Assembly: GCA_964016885.1 (NCBI GenBank)
Contig: OZ024743.1
Coordinates: 90,520,001-90,584,000, forward strand
Direction of reading: 5' to 3'
Length of the DNA: 64,000 bases
Source of the DNA: Eledone cirrhosa
Taxonomy: Eukaryota
In this document: piece by piece, positions 12,101 to 24,100 of the stretch
Position numbering within the stretch: the first letter of the stretch is position 1
Layout of the letters: every line of letters begins with the position of its first letter
The notes under the pieces: generated by a model
Told to the model about the DNA's origin: nothing
Databases searched by the model: none
The model's input: only the letters and a program-made list of their open reading frames with translations
Translations under genes and position numbers: made by a program

Positions 12101-15100
12101 GACATAACGCCTCCAAAAAGCCCTAAAAAGCTGAAAAAATGAAGTTTTTCACCTAATGCGGGCCCTAGGCCATAAAAAAGTTGGATTTTCTTTGCTCATG
12201 GTATGAAGAAGAGACTGACCAATACATAGTTACAATTTCAAGGAAATTGGTCTGACGTAACACCTAAAAAACCCCCCTAAAAACCTTAAAAAACGCAGTT
12301 TTTCACCTAATGCGGGCCCTAGGAGAAAAAGTTGAATTTTTAATTGCATAACACTCCCTGAAACATAAGTAATACACATGTAAAGTTTGAAAGAAATCGG
12401 TTGGGTACTTCTCGAGTTTTAGGGATTCAAACTCACAGACAGACATCCTCAGGGAAGTGACGTAATGCAGACATACAGACATATTATAAGGGCACGACGT
12501 TATATGTATGTGTCTATCTAAAAAGAGAAACACTAACAATTATAGAGAGAGATCGCTTAATGCGGTTCCTAGGGCATTGAAAGTTTGAAAATAGTCGGTT
12601 GGGTGGTTCTCGAGTTTTAGGGATTCAAACTCACACACACACAGACATCTTCAGTTTTATATATATATAGATAAAATGGTCGTTTTGGAACCCTCTACAA
12701 TGCAGATGGATAAATCTCTGGGTCACAAAATCAGGTGGCAGTAGGAAGAAAGTGGGTAAGGAGGAAGGGAATGTAGGGAAAAAACGTAAAAGGAAATAAA
12801 AACCAGGGATGAAGTTACCTTGGAATAGATTTATTTGTTCCTATATTTCGGATTTCACATCCATCGTCGGGGTGTTCCGAAGAGAAATAGATTTGTCGGA
12901 AAAAGAAACTATGTAGCATATATATATACACACACACCAACATATATCTGTTTATCCAGCTCAAAATTGGTATATTGTATCGCTGTGTTGCAAGAAGCTA
13001 CTAAAAGGGTTGATGTTTTGAAGGGCACCTGACTGTAAAACATTGCTTCAAATAATCCCATCCAACCCATGCTAACATGGAAAGGTTGATGGTGAATTTA
13101 GTTTGATAGAAATAAAAACATCAATAAATTAAGTACCAGGCTTGAAAAAAACAAGTATTGAGGTCAACACAAATGATAAGTAGAATATATAGCATATATA
13201 CTCCTATATAAGCCGAGACCTACATGCTCCACTCCACAAAAAAATAAATCAATGGTAAAACGAGGGTCAGCTTCTTTCTATTTTGCTGATTTTTATCAAC
13301 TTCAAATTCTACGTAATTGAGATGCTAAAATATTTTCGCTTGGTGGTGAATATTACACTGATTTCACTTTGGAGGTGAAATTTCAAAACCATCGTTAGGT
13401 AATAGAGTTGTGAAACAAAAACTATACTCTAAGCGACACTTAACCCTTTAGCATTTAAACCAGCCGTATCTGGCCAGAATTCTCTCACCTCTTTCTGTTC
13501 AGACTGGCTGTAACCAGCTACTCATACTTATGTTAAGGTATTGTTCTCTAAATAATATAAAAATCTCATAAATTCGATATTATGTGAAGTAAAGCCTTTA
13601 CCATGAAAATAAAATAGTAAATATAGAGTAATGTAAATACTAAAGGGTTAAAACATTTTAATATCAAAATATAACTTCATAAATATATTTTCCACTCCTG
13701 AGAATTTTAAAACCGCACCATCTAAACATAATGTATTGATTACCTGCCTCAGCTTATACACACGGTTTTATTTTCTTGCCTATTTCTCCAACATAAATTA
13801 TGAGGTCAACTTATATTTGAGTATATATGGTGTGTTTTATTTGTGAAGTAATTTGGAACTGGCTTGCAGATTGTTTCTATTACTATTTCCATTGGTGGTG
13901 GTAGTAGTGGGGAAAGCATCCAAATTCTGTTGTTGAGTGAAAGGTATGAAGAAAATGAATGACTACACATCATCAAAATTGGATGGCACATCATTACCAC
14001 TTTTAAAACCACCTGAAAGCAGCCCTGGTTTTACAATACTAAATTATTTATATATGTTTATATTTATCTGAAACTTTCCAATTTTATGTAAGCATCTTTG
14101 TTTCAAACAAAAGTTTAATAGTGGTGATTTAATTCTTATCTTCTTTTTTTTTTTTCTAATTTCAGAATCTTGCGTGGGTAAAGTCTTTTAACATCTGTAT
14201 TGAACTTGAGGATAGCCAAGAAATCTTCTGCAACTTGTATAAACTTATGTTTTCAATTATCAAGTAAGTTTGTTTTTCATATTGACTTTGGCTATTGTTT
14301 TGTCTCAATGTTTGTTAATTTTGAGTGTTTAACATTTAAATCTAACGTAAAGCTGAAAATCTTGGCCAATATTTTAATATCAGAAAGAGTGATGGATGTA
14401 CAATAATTTACCTGTTGCATTTTTTGGTTGATATGCTATATAAAATGAAGATACCACCACCAGTGATGATTGACCATGGGTTTACACCTGGAAAGTAGTT
14501 CTTCTTCAAGACCTGGGTCCAAGGTGTTTTGTGGAAGATGAGCAGTGGTCTAAGCATTCCTGTCTCTTCTCTTTACATCACCAATGTACTGATTAAGTAC
14601 TGACTTGGTCTTTGACAACCCATCCAACCATGGAAAAACTAATGTTAAATGGTAACTCAGATGATATCTTGAGGCATGCTATACATTTAATAAGGATAAA
14701 TTTTACCTATTTGAAAATGTGAGAGTCCCAACCTCAGGAAATAATTAATTGTTTCTACTTTTGGCACCAGGCCAGCAATTATCTCAGTGCATTACTGGTA
14801 CTTTATTTTATCGACCCCGTAAGGATGAAAGGCAAAGTTAACCTCGGCGGGATTTGAAATCAGATCATAAATAATTAATAACAGTTGATTAGTATAGATA
14901 ATAATTGAGAACATTGGGTTAGGAAAAAAGTTGACAGATGCTGTAGGTGGCACACATTTCTTTCAATGTTAATTGTATTTTAGTAGTTATTTATATCTTG
15001 ATAACCTGTAGCCATTACTTTCAATGTTTTACTGTTTCAGTGAAAAACATTCAGCAAAAGTTCGTACATTTATGTTGGACATGATGGTTCCTCTCATCAC

Positions 15101-18100
15101 TGAAGCTGACACAGTTTCTCAAGAACTCCTCGATACTATACTCATCAATTTGATTGAACCATATAAAGTAAGGACTGGCTTTTCTTTACTACTGAATGAA
15201 ATTAACTAAAATGTTCCTTTTCTTTTAAATGTTTTGTCTTGTCTTGAAAGTTGATCAAAGATCATTATAGATATTTTGTTACACTCCGAACGTTAGTTAT
15301 ATTGTAAAATCCCTCCAAATTCTTGAGTATTTAAAATATTTGAATATCATAAGTTGTCTTTCATCAGAAATAGGGGAATGAAAGAGTTAATAGTGTAAAA
15401 AATTTCTTGTTGCTACAAAATATTCATCAATCCCATATTAAAAGTTAGAAGAGTTGATTGCTCAAGTGTAGTAACTTAGCTTATCTAACAAATATCTTTC
15501 TCTAATTTTATTCTTTAGTCCCAGAATAAACTAGCGTACAATCTTGCCAAAGATCTGTTGCGAAAAACCAGCTGTGCAGTAGAACCATACATACAAACTG
15601 TAAGTAATTTGCCTTATTCATTTGACAAAATATTTTCTCTTTATTTTGGTATCATCGTTATCATTATCACCGTTTGTCTGTTTTCCATGTTAGCATGGGT
15701 TGGACAGATTGTCAGAGAGGCTAGATTGGTCAAGTGATTACATCTTGCTTGTATGTTCTGCTTTTGACTCTTCTACAGTTGGATGCCCTTCCTAATGCCA
15801 ACCACTTTACAGTTTGTATTGGGATCATTTTACTGTGACTCTGAAACTACCAGTTTACAGGGTTGGCTATGTGATTTTGTCATGTCACTGGCACTACCAC
15901 TGTAAAGTGGTAGACAGAAACTGAAAAGTAGCCCTTTTTGTGTGTGTGTGTGTATCTGGTGATGCTGGTGTCATGATAAAATGCACCCAGTTCAGTAAGA
16001 CATTTGATGTTAGGAAGGGCATGCAACCGTAGGTACCATACCAAAAATACTGCGTATGAGTAAGACATGGTTCCTTGGGCTGCAACAACTCATTCAACCC
16101 ATGCCGGCATGAAAGGCATGATGGCAACTGATATATATATATATATGTGTGTATCTGTTGCTTTTTCTTCGGAAATACTTAACATATAAACAGCTCCCAA
16201 CGGGAACAAACGACGCAAATTCTACATACCTATATGATTGGCATCTTCCAGCCCGATAAGTTGAACACTACGGTTATAGGCAAATTAACCAACACTAATT
16301 AAACCTTTGGTAATGGAGTGGTTATATATTGTATTGTTCACATTTCTAATTAAATATATATATATATATACATACATTGAGTGTGTGTATCAGTCACCAT
16401 GAATTACATATTGACACTGTTCAAGTTGACCCAAGCTCTGTCTGAAATTATTTTGAAGCCTGTCCGATGGACTAGATCTTTAATTCAAAGGGCTGGCCGG
16501 GTTTCACACTGAATCTCCCTGAGAATTACATTAAGGCTATTTATGTCTGTAGACTACCCAGCCATTGACGTAAATTTTAGTATGTTCTATTGACTGGACA
16601 ACTGCAACAATCAGAATCAAAGCTAACAAAAGTCCATTCCATTACATCATCATCATCACCAGCAATCTATATTATAATAAGAGTGTTGTCTGTCTGACCA
16701 TCACACTCACTTATATAAAGAGGGGGAGCGCCAAGCGAGAGATATGTAGAGAAAAGGGGACGCTGTGTGTTTTTGAGGTGACAGAAACAGGTAGAAAGAT
16801 AGTTACGATTTCACCCTCATCTATATAAAGAGAGAAAAGGAACGTCATTTGTTTTGAGAGAGAGAGAGAGAGAGAGAGAGTGTGTGTGTGTGTGAGAAAG
16901 AGGGTGATGATGTTGCCCTCATCTAGTATTTCATGAAAGGCTTAAATGTTTTTTTTTTTTGTTTTTTTTTTTCTTCTAGTTTTTTAACAACTTGTTGATG
17001 ATCGGCAAAACATCTGAGAGTGAAGTGTCAGATCATCTTTATGAATTAATCTATGAACTTAATATGATATCTGGTACCATGCTTCTAGCAGTGTTGCCTC
17101 AATTAGAATTTAAATTGAAAGTAAGTATTTACAAGAATTTTGTTTTCGTTATTAATTTCATATACAAATTGGCACAGTTGTTAAAGTGTTAGATTAAATA
17201 GCTCTTTATTTGTTTCAATTTTCTGTGCTCTGGGTTCAAATCTAGCTGTATTTTATCTTGTCTGGGTAAATAAATAAAAATACAAGTCTAGTGGCAGTGG
17301 GTTGATGGAATTGTTAGAGAGTTGGATAGGATACTTTGTGCTGTTTGATCTGGTTCTATGTGTCTTTGGTTCAAATCCTGCCTCCTCTTGCCAAGAGTTG
17401 TGACCAGTAGATAATGTCAGCCATGGAAAGTCTAATGGAAGCATAGTTTCCTTGGTCTGATTTGGTAATCAGCTCCTTTCTCTTTCGTTTTTATGTAATT
17501 TGTAATTATCCTATATACTCATATATAAGCTACACCTATTTCCATGAACATATGTGAAAAACTAGCATGTGTCTGCAAAACCTTATATTTCAAAATATAT
17601 GATATATTTAAAAATTCAGCAAGTGGGGATGAGTGGGTGTTTAGTATTGTAGGTTTCATGATAGGCTTCATACACAAGCATTATTTTAACATGATTCGAG
17701 CAGTGTAAGCCTCAGAATTTAAAATGAAAGTAAGCATTTACAAGCATTGTAATTTCTTTGTTTGTGTAATTTTGGTATTTCTTATATGTGCATCAATTTT
17801 ATATAATATATAATTATCATATATATACTCTTATATGTCGTATCTTTTCCCATGGAAATTTGATATGAAAAACTAACATGTAACTTATCTATTGGACCTA
17901 CAAAGTTTAAAATATTTGGTATATTGTAAATATAGCAGGCGTTTTTAGGCTATCTTCCCTGCTAAAGTAGGAAAAAATACCTTGTGGGCCAAGCTTCATA
18001 CTCATAGGGTCTTCGAAGCAAAGGTTTACAGCTGAATGCCCTTCCTCTCTTCATTTGTCTCTTACTACATGTAGGGATATGGTGTACCTGTTTTAAAGTG

Positions 18101-21100
18101 GAAGTACACAGTGTTATATGTAAAACAGAGGTGTGACTCACCTACCATTTTAATATACAACTATAGAAAGAAATAGTTTTATTTAATTCTTTGCAATAAT
18201 TATTACATTTGATGGTGTGTGTAAAATGTGCAATTTTTTTTTGAATTGAGAAATGTCTACTTAAGTACATTAAGTGTGACTGCCTAAAAGTTTGAATGTG
18301 TTAAATATACAATTTGTTACATTGGTTCACTCACTACCAAGTAACTGTGGTGCACTTTAACGGCTTAAAATATTTGTGACATGAATAAAAATTCCTAGAT
18401 GTTTAACCCTTTAGCATTTACATTACTCTATATATACTGGTATATTTTCACGGTAAACACTTTATTTCACATAATATTGAAATCAGCTGGTTTGAACAGA
18501 AAGAGGTGAGAGAATTCTGGCCGGATACAACTGATTTAACCCTTTTGTTACGATATTTCTAACCAAAATGCACCCCTTATGTGTTTCAATTAATTTCTAA
18601 CATAATCATAAATTTAGTCTGGTTTCATTAAACAACTCTAACTTTTTTATTTATCAACATATTAATGTGATTTTTTGAAGGAAATTTAACGAAAGGTTCT
18701 CAACCAATTCTATTCCATAATTTTTGTCTCAAAGTGACTCTAATTACTGGTAAATTCAACAAAATATGAAATTATTTAAATTTTGTTCAAACATCGCTAT
18801 AGAAAATGGGTTATTAGCTAATATTCAATTGGGTATACAAACATTTTTTACTATAGAAGAGTTGTGCACATTACTGGATTTATCAGGTGAATTTAAACAC
18901 ACAAAAGACAGGTGTACCATAAAGGTATAAATAAAACGAAAGACTGGAATTTGTACACCATCAACTAGATTAAATAAGCTCTCCCACATACATAGATATG
19001 CAGAAATATACAATAATGATTTACAAAAGAAATTAATCAAAACTCGTCATTCACCTTACAGGTAAATTAAAATAACAGGTAAATTAAAATTACACAAAGA
19101 AAAATAAAAACGAAGTAAATTTGAAAATATTAATAAAATAAAATCACACATATATACAAATCAAACAATATTCCTATCATGAAAACTTGTGAAGCACCCT
19201 GCTCTACATAATGCAACCTTGCAGAATGCACATTGGAAAGTTGTTTCAACAGACCTTCCACTAGGAGCTTTCCTTTTTTGATGAAGGCATTCACGACACT
19301 GCCTTTTGCGACCCTCGATTTTTTTTTTTTCTAATTTATGGAGATAGGCTGAATTCAGAGGGATATCTCTTTGGCAGGCTTTGGTTTTTCTCCTTACAGT
19401 TATTTTTTTTTAGGAATAACCAGCTCTTAATTGTGTTGCTATATCTGCTCGGAGCTGCAGATGGTCGCATCGCTTTTGAGCCGGTCCCGATTTGGTATAT
19501 AGTATAAACGCATTAGTAATACTCATATTTACTATATACCAAACCAGGTATTGCCACCATTTATTTCCTGATCTGCCAACTGGATAATAAGACATCATCT
19601 GATTCATCCGATCTACACCACCCATGTACCTGTTATAATCGAGATTCACAAATGGGGTGTCATTTTCATCCACATGTGGCCATGCACAGGGAGACAGAAA
19701 ATTGATCTGCCTCGTATCTCTGTATGCGGTCGCTAGCAAATTTCCTTTCTGCCATTGAATTATTTCACCTTTTTTTTTTAATTTTGCTTTTTTTATATCT
19801 AACGGCAGTCCTTCTATATTAGCGATCACTGTAGCACATGTATGTGTTGCCACAGTATCTAAATTCTCCGCAAGTTTGACCGAACTGAAAAACCAGTCAA
19901 AAAATAATATACGGCCCTGGTTATGGTATGGCAGTGATAAATTCCAGACCACATCATACCCTAGGCCATGCTGACTTACATAATTGTCTCTTTTGCCAGT
20001 ATAAAATTCAAATCCAGAGCAGTACCCAGTATTCGATTCGCAAATCTTCCAAACTTTCATCCCCCATTTTGTGGGCTTTCCTGGCATATATTGTCGAAAA
20101 CGCACTCGGCCTTTATAGCCCACCATACCCTCATCGATAGATAAATATCGACCTGGTTTGTAAACTGTTTTATATGTGTTTTGAACACAATCAATGAGGG
20201 GTCTTATTTTAAATAAGGGATCATAGCTTGGTTCTCCACGTACTGGTGTACTGCTTGTGTCTCTTACATGTAAATACCGTGTCCTCGTCATTATACTTGA
20301 GACATATTCGTCTCCAAAGGGTTCATCGGTACTCGAGTAATTTGTAATTCTGGGTAGCTTTCTAATGCCCATAATAATATTTATGGCAAAATAAGCCCTA
20401 ATTTCATTTAAGCTTGTGAGAAACCACAAACTATCCTTTTTTTCACTTTGTTTACTTTCAGCGTAACGGTTTGTTTCCGCCGTAATAATTTCAAACAAGC
20501 TCATAGGAAAAAGTAAAAGGAAATAGTCTAAAGCTTTGCTCTCCTGGCATAGACTGTGACTTGGTCCAGTTTCTTCATAAAAATCACTGAAAGAAACAGT
20601 TTTCAAATTTTTTACTCCATTCAGGTGCCAATTCATTTTCTTTATCGCTCGGATTCACTGCTTTCACTATCGGAAAATGAAACATCGGATTCATTATCAA
20701 ATACCACGTGCTTTTTTTTTTCAGTTATAGAGTTAGATTTTTCAAGGTCTTCAGTAGAAAATCCTTCGAATTCTGACTCGCTGCTTGACTGAATGAAATT
20801 GGTATCCATTTTTTGTCAGAGTTAAAAATTTTCAAAATGCAACAGGAACAAATTTTGAAAAAAATCTCCCAAAATTCACAGAATTAAAATAACACGTCGA
20901 TATTTGTCCGAAACTATAGCTCGATTGTTTACGTAGTATAAACACGTGTTTTCACGAATGTACTAACGAGATTTGCTCTGATATTCTCATTTAAATATGA
21001 ATGTGTGAGTACGGGCGGTTTTGGGCGGCTTGGTCACATGAACCAAAATTTTTTTCGGGCGGCTTTGGACGGTTTGGTAACGAAAGGGTTAAAGGGTTAA

Positions 21101-24100
21101 GGCCATCTTTCCTGCTAAAGCAGGGGTTAGCCTTGCTGGCCCCATAACAAGCTTCCCTATCGTGTGCATCCCTCTTTGTTCTTACTTTGACTTTCATTTC
21201 CTCCATCTTTAGCCATGTCTTTCTTGGTCTTCCCTTTCACCTACTTCCTTCCACATTTGTTTCCATCATTTCATCTTATTCATCCTTCTTCAACACATGG
21301 CTCAAACTATCTCATTTCATTCCTTTTCACAACATTCATCATTGGCTCTATTCCTCTCAGCCAGTCATTTCAATCTTCCCTCAACACATAAACCAACCTA
21401 ACTCATTCCATCCCCCTTTAAAACATTCATTGGTTCCATTCCTATCATTATACAAGTGTTTAATTTTAAACTAAATCTTATTAAATATATGTTAACATCT
21501 ATTTACCAATTCTTTTTACTTTCTAGAGTAGTGAAGAAATTGAACGGAAAAATGTAACTCGTCTTTTGGCCAAAATGTTCTCTGATCCTGACTCTGAACT
21601 GGCATCACAGCACCGTGTTCTTTGGAATTGTTTTTTAGGAAGGTCAGTAAAAGACTGCAGTTTTTAATATTTTTAGTAGTTTTTGTTACACATATAATGG
21701 AGGCACATGGCTTAGTGGTTAGAGCATTGGCCTTGCAATCGAAAGGTTGTGAGTTCAATTTTCAGACCGAGTGATGTGTTGTTTCCTTGAGCAAGACACT
21801 TTATTTCACATTGCTCCAGTTTACTCAGCTGTAGAAATGAGATGATAGGGACTGGGGTCCCTATCATTCCACTGCAAAGTGGTCCACAGCAAAAAAGCAC
21901 CCAGCACTCACTGTAAATGAGGTTGTTGTTAGGAAGGGCATCCAGCTGTAGAAATCAAGGCAGAATCAGTTCCCGTCCCACCCTTGCAAACAGGGAAAAG
22001 CGGACATTAAATGATGATGATGATATCTTTTGTACAACTATTAACCTGTTTCATAGAAACTTGATAAAAAATTATACCTCCTTTCTTGTTAGCAACTCTT
22101 ATCTATTCATATCTAAATCAAAATATTGACATAAATTTCATTTCTATAAAATGGGATTTTATTGAAATGTGTAGAAGTTATGTGTTAATTATAAATATTG
22201 TAATGAAAGTGTTTAGTTTTTCATAGACATCTAATTTCTAATGTATTAAAATTAGGATAGTTTGTAAAATATGTGTATGGGTTTCACAACAAAATAAGTA
22301 TAAGAGTCACTGATCTTTAACTATTAATCTTGTTTAGATTTGTTAAAATCTTGTTTTTCTTGTATAACTAACTATGCTTGCTTGGATGAAATGAATTTTG
22401 AAAATTCAACTATGCTGGTGCCATGTTTGTCGTGGTGTTTCTTATTCTGTAGATTGTGGGATCGTGTTTAACCCTTTAGCATTCAAAGCGACAAAAACCG
22501 ACAAGATTATGTCCCCTTTCATTTATTCAAACCGACAAAAACCGACATTTAATACCACACGGAGATTTCCTTCTAAAAATAAACATTGACATCATCGAAA
22601 TCTCGTCAATTCGAGATTACTGCGAGATAAAGCCCTTACGCGCGAAAATTAACTCTTAGTATAGTTAAAGAACTTGCGATAACACGTGTTTTTAACGTTG
22701 AAACTGTAACATGGCTTCCGAAAGTAGCGACAACGAATTTGAAGGTTTTACGTCCGACGACATTCGAGATCAAAAAGAAACAGAAGATAATATCAGTGAT
22801 TTATCTTCAAACGAATCAGATATATTTATTTCTGATATATCTGATAATGATGATAGTTACTTTGAAAGTGAAAGAGAAGATTTGACTGACACCATTGAAA
22901 AAACAGCAACGTGGTTGAAAGAAACAACATCGATACATGTTTCGGATTTTACTGAAAATATTGGACCACAACACACATTACCACCCGATGCTAAAGCACT
23001 GGATTATTATTTTTTATTTTTACCACAATCTTTCTTCGAAGTTGTGGCAAATCGCTATGCACAACAACAAATTTCTAATATCGGAAAACCCGATCTGTTA
23101 TGTTGTCCGACAGATTCTGCCGAAATGAAAGCGTTTTTTACCATAAATATTATGTTTGGTATTAAACAATTTCCACGACTGTGGAATTATTGGAGTACTG
23201 ATATAAGGTTTGTTGACCCTTATATATCTAGTATTATGGCAAAAACGAGATTCATTAAATTAAACCAATATTTGCATCTGGTTGATACTTCAAATGCCCC
23301 TGGTAGAAATGAATCAAATTACGACCCACTGTACAAAGTACGACCATTAATTGAAATATTGTCAGAAAAATTTAAAAGTGTGTATAAACTTATATATTGG
23401 AAACTTTCTGTTACGTAATTTTACACCGTACATTTACAGAGTACATTGCCAATATTATTTTGACCGGTGAAAAGGTTTTATACATTTTTTTCAATGAAAA
23501 TATTTGCCTGGAATGTAGAGAAAGACTAAAACCGTGTACTGATTACACCTGCATTTTTAATTAATTCACCTGTTCGGAAAACTGCTAGAATTGATGGAAA
23601 TCAGCATCTAGATCATTATTGGATTTTTTTGCAACAAATCTAACAGATAAGGCAGATAAAGTTTAAATTTTTGTGTTTATCCATAAAGTTATTACTTTTA
23701 CACCTGTTAATTAATTTCACCTGCCCATAAAAGTCAAATTTAACAAAAATAAATCGGGTAAAAATATATAATTGTAAATTATAGTTATTTAAACATCTAC
23801 TGACAAAATTTCTACTTTTACACCTGTTAATTAATTTCACCTGCCCATAAAAGTCAAATTTAACAAAAATAAATCAGGTAAAAATATATAATTGTAAATT
23901 ATAGTTATTTAAACATCTACTGACAAAATTTCAAGTCTGCACATAGAAAATTAAAGTAATTACAAACAAATAAAATTGATAACCCTCTTGAGTATAATTA
24001 AGTGAAAATAATGCGAATAGATGAACATGACATTTGACAATTCAATGTGAATGCTAAAGGGTTAAAGGAAATGGGTCATGGCAATCTCTGAGATATCAGT

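Noticed and set aside
19410-20636. Domesticated PGBD gene or active transposase
   Set aside because: Frameshifts separate the start codon and the Cys-rich domain from the main ORF, motifs are degraded, and TIRs/TSD are retained as in an ordinary dead copy
21699-21775. tRNA gene
   Set aside because: A/B boxes are present but there is no convincing cloverleaf, and the sequence continues into SINE body and LINE tail
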